A DNA stretch of 64,000 bases from a virus. Positions 26,062 through 34,866 of this stretch are shown here, piece after piece; position 1 is the stretch's first letter; every line of letters starts with the position of its first letter. The notes beneath the pieces were generated by a model. The model searched no databases. It was not told the DNA's origin and saw only the letters and a program-made list of their open reading frames with translations. A program made the translations under genes and the position numbers. The stretch lies in IMG/VR virus record IMGVR_UViG_3300016669_000002, one strand, 5' to 3'.

Positions 26062-27908
26062 TGTATCGTGTAACAATTTACGATGGACCAGATGACCCAG
26101 TTGGGGAACTTATACACATGGACGGTGCTAAAATTCGGAAAGCTCCTTTTAAGCTGCATTTGAAAAAAGAAGGTATTGATGATGTTTCAATAAAGATGAA
26201 TGTCAATAATCCCGGATGGCTAAAGATGCACCCAAAACGTACACTGATTGAAATTTACAATGAACGTACAGGTAACTATATTTTCAAGGGTAGAGTATTA
26301 AAGCCCACAAGAAAAATGAATGAAACTGGTATTTTTACGAAAACTTTTGCTTGTGAAGGTAGATTAGCCTATTTGCATGATTCAGAGCAAACTTGGGAGA
26401 AAGTACAAGATACTACCATTGCTGATTTTTTCAAAAAATTGATTGAAAATCATAATGAGCAAGTAGAGCCATACAAGCGTTTCAAATTCGGCCGTGTAAC
26501 AGTTAAAAGCAACACTAACAACGTTTATAGGTACATCGGATACGGTAGTACCTATGATGAAATAAAAGAGGACTTAATGGACTCTCTAGGCGGATATTTG
26601 CAGTTGCGTGATGAGCCAGACGGCACCTATATTGATTATCTCGAAGAAATTGGGGAAGTTCGAGAAGAACCTATTCATTTAAAAAATCGACTGCAATCTT
26701 TTGAAAGCGAAATTGACCCAACTGAAGTGATCACTAGAATTCGAGTGTTGGGCGCAACGATTGATGAAGAAACAGAAGAAGGCGCTGAAGAAACACAAGC
26801 GGTAAGTAGCCCTAGAATCACCATGGCTAGTGTGAATAACGGTCTTGATTATATTGTGGATGAAGCGCTTGAAAAGGAATTTGGTATACAATATGGAACA
26901 ATTATTTATGATGACGTCCGTGACCCTAATACCCTTTTAAATCGCGCCAAATCGTACAGAGATGCACAGCAATCAGCAAAAATAAGCTACTCAATTACAG
27001 CGTTAAACATTGACTTAATCAGAACTGATGTTGAAGCTTTGGTTCTAGGGGATACTTATCCAATTATGGCCAACATTGAATTTAACACAGTTGATTATTT
27101 GCAGATTGTTGAAATGACCATTGATTCTGAAAACTTACAGAAACACCAATTGACAGTCGGATCTACATTCAAGACTTTAACGCAATATCAAGCACTGCAA
27201 GCTAAACGTTTAACACAAGTGTACGCGCTGAAAGCAACAGTTGATAGGCAGTCTAGACAGTTGAATTTAGTTTCTTCTGGTCAAAAACAACTTTCGGAAC
27301 TGTACAATGCCGTTTCTGAAAATGCTGGTAAGGTACCAGATATCGAGAAACAACTAAAACAGATTTTAGAAAGCCTTGAAAATGGCGGTGGAAGTGATGT
27401 TGATGAAAACGGCTACTCAACAACCAGAGTATTCCCAGTCGACTACACTCTAGAGGGCGTTAACTATTTCGTTCGTGAAGGTAAATCACCAGGATCAATC
27501 GAATATGACATGACGTACGGCATGCGTGACGGCGTATTGCATAGCGGTCATGATATTGGTACTAATGGCGATAGAAACTACACAGCTCACGCAACGACTG
27601 ATGGCGTTGTCCGTAAAGCCGAATTTATGTCTGGCGGAATCGGTAACGCGGTGTACGTGGAACATACTGGTGACAAATATTGGTCTAACTACATGCACTT
27701 GAAATCAATCAGTGTAGCGGTTGGTCAGACGGTCAAAGCTGGTGACGTGATTGGTGTAATTGGTGGAACAGGCGGAGATTATGCGCCACATTTACATTAC
27801 GAGATTAGTCCTGATGGCAATTTCCATAGTTCCGGTAATACGGTCAATCCGCAAAGCTACTTGGGCATTACTGGGGACAATACAACAAGTTTGCCGAGAC
27901 CAGTTTAA
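26061..27908 (+). CDS. Tail-associated lysin (Tal) with C-terminal M23 peptidase
   Basis: Prophage-tail N-terminus; HSGHDIG, YMHL, HLHYEI M23 motifs. Confidence 0.9.
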   Translation: MYRVTIYDGPDDPVGELIHMDGAKIRKAPFKLHLKKEGIDDVSIKMNVNNPGWLKMHPKRTLIEIYNERTGNYIFKGRVLKPTRKMNETGIFTKTFACEGRLAYLHDSEQTWEKVQDTTIADFFKKLIENHNEQVEPYKRFKFGRVTVKSNTNNVYRYIGYGSTYDEIKEDLMDSLGGYLQLRDEPDGTYIDYLEEIGEVREEPIHLKNRLQSFESEIDPTEVITRIRVLGATIDEETEEGAEETQAVSSPRITMASVNNGLDYIVDEALEKEFGIQYGTIIYDDVRDPNTLLNRAKSYRDAQQSAKISYSITALNIDLIRTDVEALVLGDTYPIMANIEFNTVDYLQIVEMTIDSENLQKHQLTVGSTFKTLTQYQALQAKRLTQVYALKATVDRQSRQLNLVSSGQKQLSELYNAVSENAGKVPDIEKQLKQILESLENGGGSDVDENGYSTTRVFPVDYTLEGVNYFVREGKSPGSIEYDMTYGMRDGVLHSGHDIGTNGDRNYTAHATTDGVVRKAEFMSGGIGNAVYVEHTGDKYWSNYMHLKSISVAVGQTVKAGDVIGVIGGTGGDYAPHLHYEISPDGNFHSSGNTVNPQSYLGITGDNTTSLPRPV

Positions 27909-27922
27909 AAAGGAGGATAAGA

Positions 27923-28171
27923 ATGAAAGTTTATAAAATTTCACCAACCTATTATGATCGGGAAATGACCAATACTGTCATTGTTGTAGCTGAAAATAAA
28001 GAGCAAGCATTGAGTATTGCAAAAAAAGGGAACCCTTTTGATGAAAAAGTTCCCTTTGAAGTTAGAGATAAAATAATTTGGTGGAAGTATGAAGATAAAC
28101 AGTACCCCTTAGTAATAGATGAAATAGATTTAAATGTTGCTCAGGTTCTGGTTGCTGAATGGATTGAATAG
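27923..28171 (+). CDS. 82-aa hypothetical protein abutting the antisense HEPN-like gene
   Basis: AGGAGG RBS; stop at 28169-28171 is directly adjacent to the opposite-strand stop at 28172-28174. Confidence 0.7.
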   Translation: MKVYKISPTYYDREMTNTVIVVAENKEQALSIAKKGNPFDEKVPFEVRDKIIWWKYEDKQYPLVIDEIDLNVAQVLVAEWIE

Positions 28172-28942
28172 TTAGAAATTATATTCAATTTCCTTACCTT
28201 CAACTAGAATGATTTCCGGAGCTTCTTTTATATGTTGATTTGTAAACGCCTTAATTGTGGGATTATAATTTAAACTCAAACCAAATTCTTTTCTTATGCT
28301 TAAAATTAACTCGTGTGCGATTTGTCTGACAGAGGATAGATGTAAGTGTTTATATGGATCATCCATGGACGCTAGTTCGTGGTTAGGTCCTCCTGGCTCT
28401 CTATATAACATACTAGAAATACCTTTAGATAATTTGTAAAAATTTTCTGGCAAGCTTTTATCTATATGGGCCCCTCCATCTTTGTTAGCTACATAGGTGA
28501 TTAATTGCCGTCTGCTAAAAGCATTTGGGTTACTCGTCAAAACGTTTTGATCATACCAAGACTGAAAATCTATCCATTTTTTAGTTTTTGTTTTTGTAAA
28601 TGCAGGAATAAACCAAGGTTCACTTACAAAATCATTAGAATTATCTTGGAAAATTACTTCTGTCGGCATGACTAAACCAAGCTGATAAACTACATTTTTC
28701 GGAGAAGAGACAGTTGTCAAAAATTTCATTGTTTCTTTTTTATTCAATAATGAAAGTAAACTCGTAGAAGTTCTTGTGTCATGTACTAATACACGCACAT
28801 TAGTAGCAATTTGTTTTGCATATTTTACATTACCAGTATCAAACTGTTTGCAATTATTAATTAAAAATTCTAATTGCTCCTCTAAGGCACTAACATAATC
28901 TGAATATTCACGCTCAATTTCTAATTCCCTCAAATATAACAC
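28172..28942 (-). CDS. Putative HEPN-like protein (antisense moron in the tail module)
   Basis: SRRQLITYVANKDGGAHID motif; own RBS (AGGAGGT, likely TTG start at 28933) and extended -10 TGgTATACT (28959-28967). Confidence 0.6.
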   Translation of the reverse strand: MLYLRELEIEREYSDYVSALEEQLEFLINNCKQFDTGNVKYAKQIATNVRVLVHDTRTSTSLLSLLNKKETMKFLTTVSSPKNVVYQLGLVMPTEVIFQDNSNDFVSEPWFIPAFTKTKTKKWIDFQSWYDQNVLTSNPNAFSRRQLITYVANKDGGAHIDKSLPENFYKLSKGISSMLYREPGGPNHELASMDDPYKHLHLSSVRQIAHELILSIRKEFGLSLNYNPTIKAFTNQHIKEAPEIILVEGKEIEYNF

Positions 28943-29040
28943 CTCCTTTCTTAAAAGGAGTATACCAAATAAATAATATGTAAAGACCTCAAATCTAATT
29001 TGTGGTCTTTTTTAATACAAAAATAAAGGAGCTGATAAAT

Positions 29041-31056
29041 TTGGCAGATGAACAAAACATACCTTTGAGCGTACTTAGATCGTATAGTCCACATCCCGAT
29101 AAATTGGATTTAACTGGACTTACTCAAGATGAAATTACTCACGGCATTAAATCGAGTAAATTACCAGACTATATTCGATATAAGCAATACTTGACTGATA
29201 CCAACGAGGCTTTAGCTCAACTAGCTGAAATGATAATCCAATTTGCGGTTAATTTAGGGTTAGACCCAGACCAGACATTAGATTGGGCTAGAAAATTACA
29301 GCAAGCATTACCGCAATCAGAATTTGACAGTTGGGTAGCAACACTGCTAGACGGTGGCCCATCCATTTTTATGAACACGCTGATTGAATTACAAACAACA
29401 TATCCTAACGGTGCAGCAGGGGTCGCTTTGGTTAGAGAAACCGATCCAGCTAGAATTTATGTGTGGAACGGTACAGCATGGGAAGATTTTGGAGCTTATC
29501 AGGGAATTGAAGTTAAGGACGGTAGCATCACGTCAAGTAAGATTGCTGATGGTTCGATAAGTATGACAAAACTTGACTACATATCCATCGGTCAACGCAA
29601 TATTTTTGATAAAACGAAAATCACACCTGAAACATACATTGTTGAAAACGGTGGTACTTTTCCAATCACTGGATTTAGCTCTAGTGATTTTATGAGCGTA
29701 ACAGCAAATCAACAATTATGGATTTCAGATGACCAAACTTACGCGTTTTATGACACTAATAAAAATTTAATTTCTTGGTTTAATGGGGGTTGGGATAATG
29801 CAACTAATACACATATCTTAACTGTGCCAAACAACCAAAACATAAGCTACATAAGAGTATCACTCAAAGACCCAGAAACTTTTATGGTTTTGGATACGCC
29901 AGTTGCGCCTACCGAATATAAAGCGTTCGGCACTTTTGATTTTGATTTTAAGGACGATAATGTCAGAGATAATTTTAAAGATGCGCTAGAGCTTAGTGGT
30001 ACAATACCGATGTTAAAGCCTGGACGCACCAATCTTTTTGATAAGTCAAAAGCGATTGACGGGTACTATGCTGCTAATAACACTGGTGCACAAGCGGCAC
30101 TTGCAAACACAACAATGACAGATTATATTGCAGTAAAGCCAGGCGCTGAAATGTGGTTCTCAAAAGATAACGACATTGCTTTTTATGATTTTAATAAAGT
30201 ATACGTGAGCGGTATTGTGGGTGGCTGGGGAAATTCTCAAGATATTAGTTTGCAAAATTATTTGACAATTCCTAATAACCGAAATATTGCATTTTTAAGA
30301 ACGGCATTTCCAATGGCGGAAAAAGAAACGGGCATGATTTTAGAAGGTTTTGAAAAACCGTTATCATACATACCTTACGGTTATGTTGATTACGAGTACG
30401 CAGACGATAGAATCGCAGAACTTTTCCCGAAAATGTCTGACATTAAACAAGTGTCAAATTTGACTGGAAAAAAATGGAATGCGATGGGCGATAGCATCAC
30501 ACGAGGCGCTTGGGCGTCTAAAAATTATATCCAGTATATTTCAGAAGCTACAGGCGTAATCGCCACAAACTATGGTGTTGATGGGACGATGATTTCAACG
30601 GAGTATAACTCTATGGGTGTCGGTATGGCTGAGAGATATGTAAATATGTCAGATGATGCTGATTATATCACGGTTTTCGGGGGCACAAACGACTGGGGTT
30701 TGGGGTTGGTTGAAATTGGCACTTGGGATGATGGGACATCTACAACCGTGTACGGGGCTATGCAGACCTTAATTACTGGTTTAATTAATAAATATCCTAC
30801 CAAAAAAATTGGCTTTATCTTACCTTTACCACGTCAAGTTATCAATGGAAATAACACTCTAGGAGATTTTGTAGCGGTTATCAAAGAAGTATGTGACCGA
30901 TACTCAATCCCAACTTTAGACTTGTACCATGGCAGCGGTATTATGCCGGGTATACCAGCCCACAAGACTGCTTTAATGCCAGATGGCACTCACCCAAATG
31001 CAGAAGGTCATCGAATTATTGCGACTAAAATTCAGAAATTTTTAGAAAGTTTGTAG
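29041..31056 (+). CDS. Tail fibre/spike with C-terminal SGNH/GDSL hydrolase
   Basis: Phage tail N-terminus (GGP...YPNG...YVWNG..W...G.YQ); GDSIT, GGTND, DGTHPN blocks; TTG start after AAGGAG (track ORF starts at 29002). Confidence 0.85.
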   Translation: MADEQNIPLSVLRSYSPHPDKLDLTGLTQDEITHGIKSSKLPDYIRYKQYLTDTNEALAQLAEMIIQFAVNLGLDPDQTLDWARKLQQALPQSEFDSWVATLLDGGPSIFMNTLIELQTTYPNGAAGVALVRETDPARIYVWNGTAWEDFGAYQGIEVKDGSITSSKIADGSISMTKLDYISIGQRNIFDKTKITPETYIVENGGTFPITGFSSSDFMSVTANQQLWISDDQTYAFYDTNKNLISWFNGGWDNATNTHILTVPNNQNISYIRVSLKDPETFMVLDTPVAPTEYKAFGTFDFDFKDDNVRDNFKDALELSGTIPMLKPGRTNLFDKSKAIDGYYAANNTGAQAALANTTMTDYIAVKPGAEMWFSKDNDIAFYDFNKVYVSGIVGGWGNSQDISLQNYLTIPNNRNIAFLRTAFPMAEKETGMILEGFEKPLSYIPYGYVDYEYADDRIAELFPKMSDIKQVSNLTGKKWNAMGDSITRGAWASKNYIQYISEATGVIATNYGVDGTMISTEYNSMGVGMAERYVNMSDDADYITVFGGTNDWGLGLVEIGTWDDGTSTTVYGAMQTLITGLINKYPTKKIGFILPLPRQVINGNNTLGDFVAVIKEVCDRYSIPTLDLYHGSGIMPGIPAHKTALMPDGTHPNAEGHRIIATKIQKFLESL

Positions 31057-31139
31057 GTGCTACATATGATTGATTACATTGCAGAAACCACGAGAAATTA
31101 GAAGATTGCAAGAAGCAGACGAAACTATATAACTTTTAG

Positions 31140-31169
31140 AAAGCACTCAATTAATTTTGGGTGCTTTTT
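31140..31169 (+). terminator. Intrinsic terminator
   Basis: aaagcactcaa/ttgggtgcttt followed by T residues. Confidence 0.7.
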
Positions 31170-31218
31170 ATACTCTCAAATATGCTATATTATAGTAAAA
31201 GTTTGGGAGTGGGTTTTT

Positions 31219-31761
31219 ATGACTGATGAGCAATTTCGACGATTAATTGATGTTTTAGGAGGATCTACATGGTCACGTCTATGGCCAATAATACTGACAT
31301 TTGCACTTGGTTTATGCGCTTCAGGAATTACTAGCTATTTATCTAAAAAAATAAGAAAACGTAATGAAAGAAAAGAGTTACCAAATAAAATAAAAACAAT
31401 AATCAATATCAGTGAAGAAGTTAAGGATATTATGTCCAAGGATATTGACTTGCATAATACGACTATTGTTTTAGGCAGCGACGCAGATAGTTTAGCTGAT
31501 GGTGTCTTGAATGATATCGAGATTATTGACTTAGAATTTAATAAAGTTTATGAGTATCTTATTTCGAATAGGAATACCTTAAGAGCTACTTTAATGATCA
31601 AAAGACAGATAAATATACTAAAAAAAGTGGTTCCTAGTGTCCTTTTAGATCCACAAAAAGTTCATGGAATTCAAGATAGTGATAAGAAGTTTATTACAAA
31701 TAGTTTAGAATTATTGCAAGAGAGTCTATATAAAACATATGATACATTAACGAATAATTAG
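31219..31761 (+). CDS. Membrane-anchored hypothetical moron protein
   Basis: N-terminal TM (LWPIILTFALGLCASGITSYL) followed by a basic stretch; upstream TGcTATATT at 31183-31191. Confidence 0.7.
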   Translation: MTDEQFRRLIDVLGGSTWSRLWPIILTFALGLCASGITSYLSKKIRKRNERKELPNKIKTIINISEEVKDIMSKDIDLHNTTIVLGSDADSLADGVLNDIEIIDLEFNKVYEYLISNRNTLRATLMIKRQINILKKVVPSVLLDPQKVHGIQDSDKKFITNSLELLQESLYKTYDTLTNN

Positions 31762-31822
31762 TTAAAAGAGTAGCTCGCAAGCTGCTCTTTTTTGTTTCAC
31801 AAATTTAGAAAGGAAGTGGAAG

Positions 31823-32161
31823 ATGGAAACACAAGACCACGAAACACGTATATCACGGTTGGAAGAAAATGATGAAGAAATTTTTAAGCAAATCAAGAAT
31901 ATCAATGACGATTTAAAAGACAGATACTCACGTATTGATGAAAGCAATAAACATCTACGTGAATTGTCTTTGAAGCAAAATGACCAGAATGCGCAGATAC
32001 TCAACGCAGTCTTGAAGGGTAACCAAGACTCTGAAAAAAGAGCAGATGAACGTAAAAAGTCAGTGGATGAAAATCGGGGTCAGTTATTGCTAACAATTTT
32101 AGGTAGTGGGGGTTTAATCTATATCATTATTGAGGCACTCTTTAGAAATTTTGGAGGTTAA
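31823..32161 (+). CDS. Coiled-coil plus C-terminal TM lysis accessory protein (XhlA-like)
   Basis: HETRISRLEE start, coiled coil, single C-terminal TM; precedes the holin. Confidence 0.7.
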   Translation: METQDHETRISRLEENDEEIFKQIKNINDDLKDRYSRIDESNKHLRELSLKQNDQNAQILNAVLKGNQDSEKRADERKKSVDENRGQLLLTILGSGGLIYIIIEALFRNFGG

Positions 32162-32165
32162 ATAA

Positions 32166-32369
32166 ATGAAACTAAATAACCAAGTATATGACACTCTGAA
32201 ATGGGTGTTATTTGTCGTGGTACCAGCACTTACAACTTTAGTTGGTGGTGTGGCTACTTTATATGGCTATGATGCGACACAAGTAGTTACACTAATTAAC
32301 CTAGTATCGACGTTTGTCGGTGTGGTAACTGGTGTATCAAATGCAAATTATAATAGGGAGGAAAAATAA
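32166..32369 (+). CDS. Holin (Dp-1-like)
   Basis: MKLNNQVYDTLKW....VPAL.TL...; two TMs; G...GVS...Y. Confidence 0.85.
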   Translation: MKLNNQVYDTLKWVLFVVVPALTTLVGGVATLYGYDATQVVTLINLVSTFVGVVTGVSNANYNREEK

Positions 32370-32372
32370 CTT

Positions 32373-33533
32373 ATGGTAGTAACTAAAATTCAAAAGCACC
32401 TTACTGATATTAATAAAGGTGATAAAGGTACCAATACCCCGGAATGGATTATTTTCCACTTTGTAGGTGCCGCAGGACAATCGTGGGATAATGCTAATTA
32501 TTTCAAATCGGTTTACCGCGGGGCTTCCGCTCATTACTTCGTTGACCCTAAGAATATCGTCCAAGTAGTAGAAGACGATACACCAGCATGGCATATTGGT
32601 GATGGATACCGTTCAGGGGAAGGCCAATTCAATGGTTACCATAAAGCGGTAGGCGCAACTAATACTAACGCTATTGGGATTGAATTATGCCAAGATACAT
32701 CGACTGGTTCAGACGTTTGGCATTGGGATTTTGCTGATGAAACTGTAGATAACGCCGAGTGGTTAATTAATCAATTGCAAGTTAAGTACGGAATTGATGA
32801 TGATCATGTTATCCGACACTTTGATGCTTCCGGTAAATTATGTCCAGGCAACTGGCAATATGACGGTTGGGCTAAATGGACTGCTTTCAAAAAACGTTTA
32901 GCCGGCGTTCCACAGTCTGCTTCAACTGCAGTTTCGGTATCAGACGGAAAACCTTCCGTGACTGGTATGTACTTGGTTCAAGAAGGTGACACTTTGGCCA
33001 AGATTGCAAAAGCAAATAAGGTGACTGTTCAAGATTTAATCAAGTGGAATGATTTGGATAATCCTGACTTAATTTTCCCTGAAACGAAATTATTTGTTAA
33101 GGCGCCAACAGTATCGGGAACGACTGATATTGATGCACTTGCTCGTAAGACAATCAACGGCGAGTATGGTTCAGGTGACGCGCGTAAAAAGGCACTCGGT
33201 AAAAATTACGACGCGGTTCAAAAACGTGTTAACGAGATTTTGTTAGGAACATCTGCTGAAGTAGTTAAATCTACAAGCCAACTAGTCAAAGAAGTTTTAG
33301 ACGGTAAACATGGAAGCGGTGACCAGCGTAAGGAATCATTAGGCACTCGTTATAATGAGGTGCAAGCAGAAGTCAATAAATTGCTAGGATTAGGTGGTGG
33401 CAAGTCAGTTGATACATTAGCCAAAGAGGTACTAGATGGCAAATGGGGCAACGGGGTAGAACGTAAAAATAGACTAGTCAAAGCTGGATATAATTTTAAT
33501 GCGGTACAAGCTAGAGTAAATCAACTAATTTAA
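32373..33533 (+). CDS. Endolysin: Amidase_2 plus LysM plus three CW_7 (Cpl-7) repeats
   Basis: IIFHFVG, SAHYFVD, IGIELC, RHFD..GKLCPG; YLVQEGDTLAKIA LysM; three GxxGxGxxRK..LG..Y..VQ..VN repeats. Confidence 0.93.
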   Translation: MVVTKIQKHLTDINKGDKGTNTPEWIIFHFVGAAGQSWDNANYFKSVYRGASAHYFVDPKNIVQVVEDDTPAWHIGDGYRSGEGQFNGYHKAVGATNTNAIGIELCQDTSTGSDVWHWDFADETVDNAEWLINQLQVKYGIDDDHVIRHFDASGKLCPGNWQYDGWAKWTAFKKRLAGVPQSASTAVSVSDGKPSVTGMYLVQEGDTLAKIAKANKVTVQDLIKWNDLDNPDLIFPETKLFVKAPTVSGTTDIDALARKTINGEYGSGDARKKALGKNYDAVQKRVNEILLGTSAEVVKSTSQLVKEVLDGKHGSGDQRKESLGTRYNEVQAEVNKLLGLGGGKSVDTLAKEVLDGKWGNGVERKNRLVKAGYNFNAVQARVNQLI

Positions 33534-33540
33534 GATATAG

Positions 33541-33576
33541 AAACAGGGTAGCTCATTACGAGTTACCCTGTTTTTT
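33541..33576 (+). terminator. Intrinsic terminator after the lysin
   Basis: aaacagggtagctc/gagttaccctgttt followed by a T-run. Confidence 0.85.
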
Positions 33577-33686
33577 ATGTGCAAAGAAAGTAAAAATATC
33601 TGGTAAAATAAAAATAGCCCATTAAATGGGCTACGGGTATAATATTCTTAGCACTTATATTATACCATTTCTATTAACTTTTAGGG

Positions 33687-34190
33687 GTGGTCAGTTTGAA
33701 ACAAAAATTTAAATTTGCAATTACAAAATCTAGTATATATGCGAACAATCAAAATGATAATTTTACTTTTGACATCAATACTATAAGAAGTGTTAATGTA
33801 AATTTTGGCATTATTCCAATGCACAACTTTTTTAGTTCTAACTCTCATGATGTTTTTGATCAACTGGTTTTTGATCCAGTATATTTTATAGTCGGACTCT
33901 TTAAAAATACTTCAAAAGAACAAAGGTTAGTTAATATTCTTGTTTATTCAAATGAAGATGTTGAGGACGTTGAAGGAAATATATATGGTATTAATACTGA
34001 GTATGATATAGAGATTTTTAATTTTGATACACCCACATCATATGTAGTTAAACTAGGTTTTTATATTGGTAATGATGAATTTCAAGATAGTAGAGAAGCA
34101 GCTATTTTTTATATGAACAGACTTGTCGAAAATCAATTGTTTGAGTCTATAATTCCTTTTGAAAATCGGGGAGGATGGATTCATGAATAA
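33687..34190 (+). CDS. Hypothetical beta-rich protein (moron gene 1)
   Basis: AT-rich ORF after the lysin terminator; overlaps the next gene by 8 nt. Confidence 0.65.
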   Translation: MVSLKQKFKFAITKSSIYANNQNDNFTFDINTIRSVNVNFGIIPMHNFFSSNSHDVFDQLVFDPVYFIVGLFKNTSKEQRLVNILVYSNEDVEDVEGNIYGINTEYDIEIFNFDTPTSYVVKLGFYIGNDEFQDSREAAIFYMNRLVENQLFESIIPFENRGGWIHE

Positions 34191-34554
34191 CGGAAATATA
34201 CATTATTTAAAGCAGAAATCTCTGCAAATTCCTGATGAAGGTATCTCAATTGAAAGTAAGGCTGAGGAGGTGAATTTTGACATGCAACCAGACACTTTTA
34301 TGAAAGAAATAAAAGACGATATGCGAGAACGTGAAGAGCGCTCAGAACGACGTTTCCAGGAACAACAAGAGTTACTATTAAATAGAATTGATAAAAAGCT
34401 AGATGATAGATTAGGTAATATAGAAAATGATATTAAAGATTTGAAAAATAGCAATGTAAGATGGAGCATTGGTATTATTGGATCAATAATCGTGGCCATC
34501 ATTGGAGCTATACCACAACTAATCCAAGTATTAGATACGTTAATGCAAAATTAA
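34183..34554 (+). CDS. Coiled-coil plus C-terminal TM protein (moron gene 2)
   Basis: GGAGG RBS before the ATG at 34183; charged coiled coil, then WSIGIIGSIIVAIIGAIPQL. Confidence 0.7.
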   Translation: MNNGNIHYLKQKSLQIPDEGISIESKAEEVNFDMQPDTFMKEIKDDMREREERSERRFQEQQELLLNRIDKKLDDRLGNIENDIKDLKNSNVRWSIGIIGSIIVAIIGAIPQLIQVLDTLMQN

Positions 34555-34574
34555 TGTAATTTATCCAATATTTT

Positions 34575-34607
34575 GCCCTCACTCACATTACCGAGTGGGG
34601 CTTTTTT
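34575..34607 (+). terminator. Intrinsic terminator
   Basis: gccctcactc/gagtggggc followed by a T-run. Confidence 0.75.
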
Positions 34608-34673
34608 ATTTACTCTAAATTAGGCAAGGGGTTATGGAAATTAAAAAAGACAGCCTATTACAGACTGTCTTAA

Positions 34674-34866
34674 GAGTTCACACTTGAGTTCACACTTTTT
34701 TGTTTTTTATTGTCATTCTTTTACAACTGTTTTGTCCAAAACCCTATTAAATCAAGGTTTTCAATTTTCTTTAACGTTCTTTTTGTACTTATTTATGCCG
34801 AATGCAGGAATATGAATTGTTGTCATATCAACGTTTGTAAAGGGTGAGTTCACATGGTGTTCACAT
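34674..34866. other. attP: arm-type repeats flanking a core resembling a tRNA 3' end
   Basis: GAGTTCACAC x2 (34674, 34686); GAGTTCACAT/GTGTTCACAT (34846, 34857); core 34796-34811 reads ATTCCTGCATTCGGCA on the minus strand. Confidence 0.75.

Noticed and set aside
29041-31056. Diversity-generating retroelement or retron acting on the tail protein or using the small RNA
   Set aside because: No reverse transcriptase in the genome and no template/variable repeat pair; the internal duplication is an old protein-level repeat.
31066-31135. Tiny ORF remnant after the SGNH gene (MIDYIAETTRN, with a shifted continuation)
   Set aside because: Only 11 codons; possibly a decayed gene at the moron insertion point, but unsupported.
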